Source of the DNA: Octopus bimaculoides
Lineage: Eukaryota
Assembly: GCF_001194135.2 (NCBI RefSeq)
Contig: NC_068981.1
Location: forward strand, 170,569,604-170,633,603
DNA: 64,000 nt
Reading direction: 5' to 3'
Shown: positions 51,880-64,000 of the stretch, piece by piece
Position numbering within the stretch: the first letter of the stretch is position 1
How the letters are laid out: each line of letters begins with the position of its first letter
The notes under the pieces: model-generated
Databases searched by the model: none
What the model was told of the DNA's origin: nothing
The model's input: the letters and a program-made list of their open reading frames with translations, nothing else
Program-made: the position numbers and the translations under genes

Positions 51880-52045
51880 CATCATTACTACAATCATCAT
51901 CATCATCTTCATCATCATAATCATCGTCATCGTCATCATCATCATCGTCATCATCATCATCATCATCATCATCATCACCACCATCATCATCATCATCATC
52001 ACCATTATCATCATCATCAACCTCACCATTATTATCACCATAATC
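51880..52045. repeat. Imperfect (CAT)n microsatellite
   Basis: Direct tandem CAT/CAC/CGT units. Confidence 0.95.
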
Positions 52046-52891
52046 AAGCCAACAAGAATATCAACTCGTAATACGAAACGGAATGAATAATTTAATATCT
52101 CTTTTTTATCGACTTGATATGTCGTTTTGTATTTGAAGAAACTGTACGTGATGAGTATTCAGAAATGCTAATCAGACTCTGAATACCGTCTGGCATTCCA
52201 CAATGATAAGAACTTGCAAAATTTGTTTTCCTTCAATATATATANNNNNNNNNNNNNNNNNNNNNNNNNNNNNNNNNNNNNNNNNNNNNNNNNNNNNNNN
52301 NNNNNNNNNNNNNNNNNNNNNNNNNNNNNNNNNNNNNNNNNNNNNNNNNNNNNNNNNNNNNNNNNNNNNNNNNNNNNNNNNNNNNNNNNNNNNNNNNNNN
52401 NNNNNNNNNNNNNNNNNNNNNNNNNNNNNNNNNNNNNNNNNNNNNNNNNNNNNNNNNNNNNNNNNNNNNNNNNNNNNNNNNNNNNNNNNNNNNNNNNNNN
52501 NNNNNNNNNNNNNNNNNNNNNNNNNNNNNNNNNNNNNNNNNNNNNNNNNNNNNNNNNNNNNNNNNNNNNNNNNNNNNNNNNNNNNNNNNNNNNNNNNNNN
52601 NNNNNNNNNNNNNNNNNNNNNNNNNNNNNNNNNNNNNNNNNNNNNNNNNNNNNNNNNNNNNNNNNNNNNNNNNNNNNNNNNNNNNNNNNNNNNNNNNNNN
52701 NNNNNNNNNNNNNNNNNNNNNNNNNNNNNNNNNNNNNNNNNNNNNNNNNNNNNNNNNNATAGATATATATATATATAATATACATATATATCCATATATA
52801 TATTATATATGTATACCCATATATATATATATATATGCATGCATGTATATATGTAGTATATTTGTATATATCTGCATACATATGTATGTGA

Positions 52892-52928
<37 letters not shown>

Positions 52929-53677
52929 CATGTACACGTACATGCGCATATATATTGTGTGTTGGTTTGCTTATTAACATATATATATATATATGTTTGC
53001 GCGTTTTGTGATCCTTAGTCGTCGGATGACATCCTTCTTACATACCGGACTCACCCCAGTCTGCTACTTCGTTTTAACTTGGCAGTAGTATATATAATAT
53101 GAAAAGACAGTTCATCGTGTTTCTTCGCATGTTTCATTATGATTGCCAAACAACGTATTTTGAATACCTTTTTTTTTGTGCGTGTCTAAACTTCTGGTGT
53201 GTAAGTTAGGAACGTGTGGCCTCATAGTTACAAAACTACTTAGTGTAATGTTTTGGAAAATATAAAATTCAGGATAAAAACATTTATTTTTAATCGTATG
53301 TTCTAGCTTTCTCTTACACTTACTATATTCTTAGCTAAAGCATAACATGCCTTATTTGTTATATCATGGTGGTAAACTTTTGCTCGCTTTCTGAAATATT
53401 TCATCTGTGTAGAGACTGTACATTCTCAAGTTAAAAAAACAGTTATGAAAAACAATTCCCTAACAGAAGGCAAAGTAAGTGAGGAATACGGAAAACAATT
53501 CTGAGGCGCATCTATATATGTATGAGTGTGAGTTTGTACTATGTACATACATATTCGGTAGTATCAGTACCAAGCAGTATTTAAACATAAGCGAACATTA
53601 GCTTAGTTGGAATATGTATATTTGGAACATGTTTGTGACATATTTAAACTTCAAAAGGCAAATTCACTGTCACTTTC

Positions 53678-53778
53678 GAAGAAGAAGAAGAAGAAGAAGA
53701 AGAAGAAGAAGAAGAAGAAGAAGAAGAAGAAGAAGAAGAAGAAGAAGAAGAAGAAGAAGAAGAAGAAGAAGAAGAAGA
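53678..53778. repeat. (GAA)n microsatellite
   Basis: Direct tandem units. Confidence 0.97.
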
Positions 53779-54258
53779 AATGTCGATAATGGTAACCACT
53801 CAATTACACATATACATATTCGAACTCTAAATAAAAAATAAACCCATAAAGATTAGTAAAAAAAACAACATTGTATAACATTATTTTTATCATAGTGTCG
53901 ACACATTTATTGTAGCGGTGTGTTATAAATTGCTATCATAACATTCAATGATTTTTAAACAATCAATTAGGAAAAACTTAAATTTTTACTGATAAATATC
54001 GATTCAGTATGAATATAAAAATATTTATATGGAAAAAACTAAGAGGGCAACGATCGACAATATTATTTTCTAGACTGTGATTAATTGCTATATAAGTTAG
54101 GGATAATCGTTACAGAAATAGAGAGGTGATGATAGAGGAATTTACCCAACGCTTTTCTTGAAATTCCCAATGTAAACTATATAGTAATATAAAATCATGG
54201 AAATCAAATTTGTTAATCTTTTAGGGTAAAAAAGTAAATATAAGTAGCGCAGTAAATG

Positions 54259-54442
54259 TAGGGGTAGGCATGGCTGTGTGGTAAGAAGCTTGCTTCCCAG
54301 CCACATGGGTCCGGGTTCAGTCCTACTACGTGGCACATTGTGCCTTCTACTATAGCCTCGAGCCGGCATGTGACTGGAAATCGTAGACACAAACTGAAAG
54401 AAGCCCATCGTATATATATATATATATATATATATATTATGA

Positions 54443-54475
<33 letters not shown>

Positions 54476-54685
54476 CATATGTTTGTGCGTCTGTGTTTGC
54501 CCCGCCATCTCTTCAAACCGATGCTGGTATCTTCACGTTCCAGTAACTTAGCGGTTCGGCAAAAGGCACCGCTAGTATAAGTACTAGGTTTACGAAAGAT
54601 AAGTCCTGGGGTCGATTCGATCTACTAAAGACGGTGCTCCAGCATGGTCGCTTTCAAATGACTGAAAGGAGTAAAAGAATAAAAT
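54259..54685 (+). mobile_element. Near full-length SINE family A
   Basis: Head GCATGGCTGTGTGGTAAGAAGC...GGGTTCAGTCC, internal (TA)n(TATG)n and tail ...CTCCAGCATGG..AAATGACTGAAA..GTAAAAGAAT. Confidence 0.88.
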
Positions 54686-55751
54686 AATAAGTAGGATCCA
54701 AGAAGTAAATAAAATAAGTAATAATAGATGCTTAAGAGCGTTCCCCAACAATCGCAAAATTGTTTAGTCTCAAATAAAATACGACTGTAACAACTTTCCA
54801 ATGATTATTTGCTATGAAAATTAGTCGCCTGATATTCGTTCTCCGGTAGTTACTACCTTTGCATTGAAATCTGGAGCTGGCTTATCCAAATTAACAACAC
54901 AGGAGGCTTTGATGTGCCTTTTCTAAAGTGACTTTTAATAAATTTAACTAAGTGTTTTGAGGGCGAATGAAGAAAACCGCGTACTATGGTGTGAAACCTA
55001 TAGTTTAGCAATAAAACTGATTTTTTCGTGCATTTAGTTTAAGCCATAAATAGCAAATGCATTGAAGAAATATTCAATGGTAGACATTATAACAACATAC
55101 AATAAAAGTGATGTCTCAGTATATCACAGATGCAACTCCGAGGAATCTAGCTTTTAGAAAGCAACAGTCAATTTTGTCCCATCTCAATAATAAACCCAGG
55201 TGTATAACAATAGAGTTGGCTCATGAAATAATTTCCTCTTAAATGAAAGTGGTAAAATGAGTAGTTATGCACTATACATAGTTCAAAGTGTGCACCGAAA
55301 ATATATTTCATAACTTTAAATCATTACGTTCAGTGTTCATTCTCATCGAGCAGTTTCCACCTGTCAGTTAAAATCGGTTGCCATAATGAATTCGCAAAGG
55401 AAATGCCTGGAAAAAATCTTTCCATTTCAACAGTCGAAATGGTAGTGGATATACAAATTGGCCAAGTAGCCAATCGTATACCCCTCCCGCAAATAACGTT
55501 AATGCGGCAGGACGGCCTGTGGTTTTAAGATGGTCAGCTCCTTATCTCTGTAAATGGATTCATGGGATGGCTTCAGATAGTTCTTAGGTGATTAATATTT
55601 TCACTTTGTAGTTATAAACCTGCAAAATACCTCACTACTGGAAAAGTGAGAGTACTGGACGGTACCTTAATTACTTAAAAGAAGACAATGCATCGTGCGA
55701 AAAGGGAAAGGTGATCAAACAATAATAAGGCGAAATACAAAAGATGTCAGA

Positions 55752-55977
55752 CTGGGTGCCGTTTGTTTAATACATGTACTCACAAGCTGCCATATTTTGA
55801 CGCTACAACAAAATTAAAGAGAATGAACAAAGTGTCTATACCAGTGATGAATTGTAAATGCTTAAGTAATCGTTGCCAATCGGTGCTATGAAAGGCAATC
55901 TCTTTATTTTAGAAATTTAAATATATACATCTATTATGATATGAATTTAGTCGGAAGGTTTAACCAGTTAATAATAA
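55752..55977 (+). repeat. Copy 1 of a ~227 bp direct repeat (partner 56660-56886)
   Basis: CTGGGTGCCGTTTGTTTAATACATGTACTCACA...GTTAATAATAA; roughly 90% identical by eye. Confidence 0.92.
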
Positions 55978-56659
55978 GGAGTTTTGAAATTTTGCCAACA
56001 AGTGCTTTCAAATTTGAAATGACGCAAGTTATTACCTATACATGATCTACAACAACTATCCTATGCTTAATCATAAGATATTGCGTTGCAGCTTCTAAAG
56101 CTAGCGTTTCTATACCTTAATTTCTATTTTAATTAGCTACGCACAAATATATAATTAACGCAAAATATCAAAGTCGATTTTGTCGACCAGATTGTTTTCA
56201 CTCTTTCATAAATCAATTGTGACTTGCACAAAACGAATATGTAAATATACCAGCCAAAGAGATGTCCAGTCAATCGATCACAGCCTCACTTCTATGACAT
56301 GGCATTTCAGATTAAATTGAAGCAATTCATTATAATATATGGCAAATTCCGCGCAATGTATTCTATATCAACAGTAGTTTTTCTTCCTTCCGTCTCTCAC
56401 TCTATTCGATTTAAACTGGGTCCTCCAAATGGCCGCTCGTTCTGTTACAAATATTATACTCAATGTTTGCAAAATTTTTGCAACCATCTTAAAAAAGCAC
56501 TCGTCAGATTATATAAGATCATATTCATATATATCCCTAAAAATACACGCTGGCAACAGCTATATCTATACTGGATAGGTTATGGTCTGGCTCTTAATAA
56601 TAGTTTGGATATACAGTATAAGCTTCACAATTTTAAAGTGAAACGCAAAAAATGCTAGG

Positions 56660-56886
56660 CTGGGTGCCGTTTGTTTAATACATGTACTCACATGCTGCCG
56701 TATTTTGACGCTACGACTTAAATTAAAGAGAATGAACAAAGTGTCTATACCAGTGATGAATTGTAAATGCTTAAGTAATCGTAGCCAATCGGTGCTACGA
56801 AAGATAATCTCTTTATTTTAGAAATTTAAATATATGCAACTATTATGAAATGAATTTAGACGGAAAGTTTAACTAGTTAATAATAA
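56660..56886 (+). repeat. Copy 2 of the ~227 bp direct repeat
   Basis: See 55752-55977. Confidence 0.92.
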
Positions 56887-57599
56887 AGCGTTGACTAATG
56901 TACGTTATTTTGTCGTCCCTGAGAGTTTGAAAAGCAAAGTTGAGTTTAGCGGAATTTGGACCCAGGAGATAAAACAAATTCAGACAATTATTCAAAAGGA
57001 TATTGTGATAGTCTGTAAATTTATGATATCACTTTTTATACACTGTGATGACTGTCTACTCTTTACTCATCGTAATAACGTGTTTTTTTATATATATGAC
57101 TTTTAGATAACTTCAAAGATGCAGTGACCAATGAAGTATTTTTTACCCAGTCATTGACTCGGCTATATATATAACAGGAACATCTGCCTTACATCAGATA
57201 TAAAAATGGAGAGTGCATCATATAATTTTTATAGCATAGCGAATACTGGACGATATTTTAATCGTTACTAAGTTTTAAAAACTATGCTACTAATCTATTA
57301 TTTCTTACTGTATTATAAATGTGAATAAGGGCTGTTTACAATAAAGGAAACATCGACCTTGAAACACATGATAAAGATACCGAAAACGTTTGCGCTTGAT
57401 ACAACAAGGAGATTGACCATGGACAAAAGAAAGATAGCAAGGCACGAAGAATGTTAAAGTAGGGACTCTAAGATCCAAGCACAGGAAAGCTGACCGATTA
57501 GCCCGAGTGGCTGAGACGCGATGTAGAGACAATGGCCACAACGTAACCATTTTACTCGACCGTAAGCAGATGTGTACGGCATTTCAGCAACATTTTGCT

Positions 57600-58100
57600 T
57601 GACTTTTTGTTATGCGTGCTAAACATGATGTAAGATTGATTTCAGTATGTACCTCAAAGTCTTGCTGCAGCTCTTGGCAAGAGAAGCCGAATGTTGCAAA
57701 AATGCAATAAGTACCATGGAGAAACAAAAAGCTATGATCGGTTATACAGGGGTAAAATTGCCGGATTTGGACAGTCACCATTATGATATTTACTTTTATA
57801 TAACAAACGTGTTTGGAAAACTCTTGGAGAATATGTTACAAAACTGGCAAAATGAAAGTAAATAGAACGAAAGTAGTTGTGGAAGATGTAACGCTATTTG
57901 ACTTAGAAAAGAAAATTTCTACCTTATTAACTGGATGAGCTAACTCACAGACGTTTGAATTGGGCAATATCAGCAACATATGCTTGACAGAATGTGCGTA
58001 ATATAAAAAACGTGGTATTTGTAGAATTTGTTTTACGGGATAAGAAGTGCTCAGTGACAAAAGTCTTCATGAAAAGGAAACTGGTTAAAGATGTGGTTTG
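57600..58100 (+). mobile_element. Possible highly degenerate RLE-type LINE ORF fragment (post-RT thumb to CCHC region)
   Basis: LGKRSRMLQKCNKYHGETKSYDRLYRGKIAGFG resembles the recalled R..L..N..H.....DRLY..R..GG.G motif. CRIC occurs ~340 nt downstream. Weak evidence. Confidence 0.35.
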
Positions 58101-59474
58101 GGAAGGGTAAATATCGACTTTACAGAGAGTTTTATTCGGAATTTCATAGGGTATTCGTCGAAACATTCACTTACAAGATACCATGTTTCACATAAATCTA
58201 AAATTACAGGTGTAATTCATAAATTGCAATAGAAGAGGTCGGTAACTTGGAAGTGGTTCGGAACCTGTTTATACTCATAATAAAAAGAAAATAAGATATT
58301 TTGTTGGAAAACAAAAAGTTGTCTCTTACGAAGGCATCACGCTAGTTTCGAAAATATCGACAATTCTTGAGAAAATCATAGAGTTACCCTATATAATTAT
58401 CAACATTAAATTTATAAACAAAAATCGTGTTTCATATAGATTTCTTACCTTCCAGTTTCTTGTTAATAATATGTGAAAAGTGCAAGCTAATAATGAAGTA
58501 GGTAATGATAAAGAGAAATGTGAATGATCATGCACGGTTCAATGCGTGTATATGTCGTGTCTTACACACGGCCTCAGGTTACTTATTTTCTTGTTGAGCT
58601 TAGATTCTCACACACATTCACAACGAAGATACAGAAACATACACACTCACACACACGCACACAAATACACACAGACACTTGTGTGTACGTAGTATTCATA
58701 ATTTAGCACCATAGGAAAATAGGCACCAGTAATAGGATGCGAATCTCTATATACACAGCGCATAGCTGATAGCACAATTTGATATAGGCTTCACTTTACC
58801 ATTATCTAAGTATTCCTAAAATTAATGATATTCCATTATACATTCGATATGCCATATTAAAAGAAATGCTTGAAATAATGCTCTAAATTGTATAGCTGTA
58901 CTGACTGTCATATGCTAATCTTATGATCAAAGAAATCTGTTAACGAGACAAACAACAAACAGCATGAAAAGATAACGAATACGCATTCTCGGTACCGCAC
59001 ACAGCTTACTTCACGATTAACTCGAGGATCGTTACCTTACGGCAAATACACACTCCATGTTCCTAGGAATACACTAAATAATATATATTTCATTGTCACA
59101 GACTCGCACGTTACCCGGAACTCTGCTATAAGGGTTCTGCTGTTAGTGTGTGGTTTTCAAGAAATCGGAAATTTAGCATGCGTTTGGTAAAAATAGCAAT
59201 ACGCAAGGTAAAAGTAAAGTAATATGTGATTACGGTGTCGCACTGATATACTGCATAATGAGGATACTTGAATCATTATGCATTTAACATTTTGCTGCAC
59301 ACTGGAGATTGAACAAAATATAATATTGATGCACTAGAGTTTAAGTTATAAAACATGCATGCGAATGAGTGTTTAAATTTGAAAAGTTTATGGCATATTT
59401 TGCATGCCAAATATTACAAAGCTATTTTTTAAATGTAAGAATAGGAATATTATTGTTTTAACCATTACACATAA

Positions 59475-59851
59475 GGGAAGCGCAATGGCCCAGTAGTTAG
59501 GACAGCATAGTCATGGTCGTAGGATCGTGGTTTCGACTCTCAGTCTGGGCGGTGTGAGTGTTTATTGAGCGGAAACGCCTAAAGCTCCACGAGGCTTCGG
59601 CAGGGAGTGGTGGCGAACCCTGCTGTGCTCTTTCACCACAACCTTCTCTCAATCTTTCTTCTTGTTTCTGTTGAACCTGTATTTCAAAGGGCCAACCTTC
59701 TCACAGTGTCACACTGAATCTCACCGAGAACTATGTTAAGAATGCACGTGTCTGTGGAGCGCTCAGCCACTTGCTTGTTACTTTCACGAGCAGGCTGTTC
59801 CGTTGATCGTATTAACTGGAACCCTCGTCGTCGTAACCGGTGGAGTGCCAC
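59475..59851 (+). mobile_element. Full-length tRNA-derived SINE (second family)
   Basis: GGGAAGCGCAATGGCCCAGTAGTTAGG (A box), GGTTTCGACTC (B box), a ~300 bp body and a 3' end ...GGAGTGCCA followed by (CGA)n. Partial homolog at 3370-3464. Confidence 0.85.
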
Positions 59852-61149
59852 GACGACGATGTACATAAAACATTATTAATACATTTTTCAAGACACTCAA
59901 GTATTAGCATGAATTTTTTTAAGAATTGAAGTGTACATTTAAAAATCTACACTGCATATATGGCTGTATTGTTTATAGGTCCGTTGACCAACCACGATAT
60001 TTCAGGCTCAACCCTTGAGTAGGTAGCTACTGCTGCATTCTCGAACTGACTAATATCGCGTGAGTGAATGTGTCGGTAATTGTCTGGAAGCTCGTATTCA
60101 CATGCTTTGTTTTTGTCCCCAAACCACTTGACAGACGATTCTGATTTGCTTAAGTTTCCGTGACATAGCGAATAAGCAAAGAGACCAGTAGAATAAATAT
60201 CAGACTTAAAAAGCAAACGGAAGAAAACTTCGGGCTCAGTCTTTTTGAATAAATAGAAGGTGGTGCCACAGGATGGCTTCAGTGCAATTAATATAACACG
60301 TAAATGAATAATAGAAAATTGCACGTGCAGTGTGTGATCAACTACTCCAAAGTATTAACGTGAGAAGCACTGAAATTAGAAATATTAAATGACATAGCAA
60401 TCGTCCATGTTACACTGCACCTTTTTGTTTACATGGTCTGGTCGCTGATATTTTAATATCTTGGCTATATAGTGTAGCGTGGGTCACGTCAAAGAAACCT
60501 TTAATAAGCGTCTAACATCATATCGACCTGTACAAATGAGAATCTTAACATCAACCAACTGTGCAAGGTTAACACTAAAGCACGTCTCGATGCATTTCAA
60601 TTTGTTTGTATATTTGATTGTCAACTACCGAAAGTTAAACGGTTTATTCACATAATTCTTAGAAAGTTACTAAATGAGAATTAATATGAATTTACCTCAA
60701 CTTTAATGAGAAATAGAATTTGATGGAAACTTTTATGGGTTCTTTCGTAGATATTAACAAATATTTATCTAACTGTACAGATATCGAAGACAAGTCATTG
60801 AACTTGCGACTATAAAACGAAACAAACTTATATAATGAATTAAGAAATATGAGTTATTTAAAGATTCCTATTAATCGTTGTAACATGTGTAGTAAGACAA
60901 CCAACATATGTGTGTATATGTCGTCTGCGTGTATCTATATGTTGTATGCATTTATATATGCATACGTACACATTCATATGCATATATAAGTAAAACATGA
61001 TAGAGTATGGATACAATAATTTGGCAAAGAACATTTAATTTAATACTGCTGATAATGCAAAGGAGCAATCGTCTCGAATTGATTTTATTTGCATATTTCC
61101 ATAGACGAATATTCAATGTTTATTCTGGAACTAAACCATGAATGCAAGC

Positions 61150-61183
<34 letters not shown>

Positions 61184-62375
61184 NNNNNNNNNNNNNNNNN
61201 NNNNNNNNNNNNNNNNNNNNNNNNNNNNNNNNNNNNNNNNNNNNNNNNNNNNNNNNNNNNNNNNNNNNNNNNNNNNNNNNNNNNNNNNNNNNNNNNNNNN
61301 NNNNNNNNNNNNNNNNNNNNNNNNNNNNNNNNNNNNNNNNNNNNNNNNNNNNNNNNNNNNNNNNNNNNNNNNNNNNNNNNNNNNNNNNNNNNNNNNNNNN
61401 NNNNNNNNNNNNNNNNNNNNNNNNNNNNNNNNNNNNNNNNNNNNNNNNNNNNNNNNNNNNNNNNNNNNNNNNNNNNNNNNNNNNNNNNNNNNNNNNNNNN
61501 NNNNNNNNNNNNNNNNNNNNNNNNNNNNNNNNNNNNNNNNNNNNNNNNNNNATATATATATATATATATATATAGGCTGAAAACTTCACAAGGATTGTCT
61601 CAGAGTTTCACGTAACCGATCATCGGACTGAAATGAGCTTTTGGAAAGATATGATGACTTATAAATATTCATAAATTATGCAGTCATAGTTATTCAGTAA
61701 CTCATCAAAGAAACATTTAATGCTAATTTCCTTGACGGAACATCATTATTGTAATATAAACATTAAAAACTAGTCCAAAACTAATTAAAAACTGAATCAA
61801 TAATTTGCATATATGAGGGATTTACGCAATATGAATATTACACTTACATACATATACGTACATACATGTGCACATGCATTCATATACATACACGTATAAT
61901 TGTGTGCTGATTTGTAAGATACCTAAGTGCGTCTAGTCCTCAGTGTCCCAAATAAAGATTTTAAATCACAATGATCAATGATAAGATACTTAGTTCGGTT
62001 TTGCTGAGGATTACGTTGTTCAAGCGTCTTCAGCCACAGCAGCCATATAACTTAGGGTTACAGGAAGGCTTTCTCGAAGCTTCTCGAATCAATCGATTCT
62101 ACGTGGTATACAAAGGCCATTTTTGTTTGATACTATGGTGCGAATTCTGAGCTCTCCATGAGAATAGTTATATATTTTCAATACTGAGGATACATACACT
62201 TTCATTGAAAATGGCTTCTGTCTATAACTCTTGTACATTGAAGTTTTGAAATGAGTTATGTTAATCCTTGGAATATCTACTTTTCGTCATTCAATAACGG
62301 ATTAATCTCCAAACTTGTGCAAGATCATATTACTTTAATTAGTTGGTATGCCTCACTTTGACGCACAAGCAGTTA

Positions 62376-63499
62376 TATCAGGTCATCCCATAAGTTCTGT
62401 CTTATTTTACCTTTTTAAAAAATTGAATGCAATTTAATAGTATTTTAGAATATCTAATGGAATTAAAAATTATTTTTATGCATTTGTGTACTTTTAAACT
62501 AATTAAATATTATTTTACAGAATAATGAAATTAAAATTTCTTTGAGTAAAACACTTTCTAACATGGAAGTATCCAAAGAGCATTTGAGGCACATAAGGCT
62601 TTATGAGTACAAAAAAAGAAACTCTGCTGCCGAAAAGACTCGAAACATACACTCAGTTTATGGGAAAGAATGCTTGAATGAAAAACTCGCAGAAGATAAT
62701 TTGCAAAATTCAGAAATGGAGATTTCAGCCTTGAAGATGAAGATCGAACAGGACGTCCAGTTGAGTTTGATAATAAGCTCCTTGGGGCATTACTTGAAGA
62801 AAATCCTGCATTATCAGTTGAAGAATTGGCAATAAAGCTTAGTTCAAACCATACAACTGTTCATCGTCATCTTCAACAAGTTGGAAAGGTTCCTAAACTT
62901 AGAAAGTGGGTGCCTCATGAATTGTTTGAAAGCAACCGCAAATCCCGATTTGAGATCTGCTCTTCTCTCCATTCTCGCGAACTCATTTCACCCTTTTTGG
63001 ATAGACCTGTGACTGGTGACGAAAAATGGATCTTCTGTCGAAATGTTAAACGTCGTAAATAGTGGGATTGCAAAAGAGTAATTCACTTAGAATTGTTGCC
63101 ACCTAATGCAACAATCAATGCTCAAGTCTTTTGTCAGCAATTAGAGCGTTTTAACCAAGCTTTGAAGAAAAAAAACCGGTTTAGTAAATCGAAAAGAAGT
63201 GATGTTCCACGAGGACAATGCGCGACACCACACTGCAAAGATCACATCACAGAAGATCGAAGAGCTTGGCTGGGAAAAATCCTCGTCTCGTCTACCTTTT
63301 TCTGCCGACCTTGCACCATCAGACTACCACCTGTTTCATAGTTTACGGAACCATTTGTGGGACATAACTTTCGCAAGTCAGGAAGAGGTCGAAACTGACA
63401 TTTCATAGTTCCTCGCTTTGAAACCAAAAAAGTTTTACATAGACGGGATTAAAAAGCTTGTAAATAGATCACTTGTTTTCTTTATCGGATGACCTGATA
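62376..63499 (+). mobile_element. mariner transposon, near complete with TIRs and TA target duplication; transposase pseudogenised
   Basis: TA|TATCAGGTCATCCCATAA ... TTATCGGATGACCTGATA|TA. Motifs MEVSKEHLRH, KWVPHEL, VTGDEKW, FHEDNARHH and PFSADLAPSDYHLF (DD34D-type; 35 residues here). Frameshifts and an internal deletion are present. Confidence 0.95.
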
Positions 63500-63556
63500 T
63501 ACCCTATTCATATTAAATGAAAAATATAATGACTGAGTTTCATAATGTTTTCTAGC

Positions 63557-63892
63557 TTTACACTTCCAAATTTCAAGCCATTTCGAAAATCTATGAACTA
63601 CCACTAAGCAGTAAGAAATGTTTAAAAGGTCAGCGAAATCAATGTGTTGTCTCGACCACGGAACATCTAATTTTGGCCAAGGTTCACTTTTTATAGTGGG
63701 CAATTTTGATGCTGTTCTTATTTTCTTTTGTTGACTACAATGTTCTTTTTGTTTCCTTTTTAAACTCGTCTTTTACCGCATTCCGATTTATATACCCCAG
63801 TGTCACCGGCAACTCTCGTACTACATCCCACAACACGATTTCATTTCACCTTCACCTTCAGTTTCTAGAGCTGCGATTACTGTATCTTCGAA
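63557..63892 (-). mobile_element. Ty3/Gypsy pol fragment (pre-integrase linker fused to integrase core start)
   Basis: FEDTVIAALE.. and PTIKSEPWPKLDVPWSRQHIDFADLLNISYCLVVVHRFSKWLEI match the PW.R.HIDFAG......VVD.FSKWPE integrase motif. Confidence 0.85.
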
Positions 63893-63963
63893 TCTGTTAA
63901 AATGAGATATCAGTGTTATTTTCATCTTTGCGTAATTTAGACGACAGATTATTCGCGGCACCT

Positions 63964-63967
<4 letters not shown>
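63892..63967 (+). mobile_element. Possible right terminus of the maT-like family seen at 10720-11455
   Basis: ATCTGTTAAAATGAGA is shared with ~11437; the segment ends in ...GCACCTGG|TA before a (TA)n run. Confidence 0.3.

Positions 63968-64000
<33 letters not shown>

Noticed and set aside
51862-52071. His-rich and Met-rich ORFs
   Set aside because: These are translations of an imperfect (CAT)n microsatellite, with no splice or flanking coding support.
61590-61640. Minus-strand CCGATGA..GAAACTC resembling a hammerhead/PLE end
   Set aside because: The core is mutated, helix II is not formable and the NUH geometry is wrong; there is a single copy in the window.

Overview
An AT-rich, microsatellite-saturated eukaryotic scaffold segment from a short-read-style assembly. 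It has 14 N-gaps (~4.35 kb in total), each flanked by simple repeats. The SINE, Penelope and Tc1/mariner families look like those I recall from octopus (cephalopod) genomes; this taxon call is inference. I cannot support any intact protein-coding gene, true tRNA/rRNA gene or CRISPR array, and every long ORF in the supplied track is an artefact of N-runs, microsatellites or antisense reading of transposon fossils. Identifiable content is a graveyard of mobile elements: (1) a Penelope-like element (RT + GIY-YIG) at 25.6-28.2 kb bounded by ~800 bp inverted arms; (2) further Penelope termini and fragments; (3) RLE-type (R4/Dong-like) LINE fragments and a CR1-like 3' end; (4) a Ty3/Gypsy LTR with a gag stub, and a separate integrase fragment; (5) a near-complete mariner, a Tc1, and maT/DD37D-like fossils; (6) several tRNA-derived SINE families. 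The most interesting signals are RNA-level. One Penelope-type terminus family carries minimal hammerhead ribozyme folds that share a non-canonical core (CUGU-N-GA plus an extra A). The large Penelope's 3' end carries a tRNA-like Pol III module placed just upstream of a hammerhead remnant.
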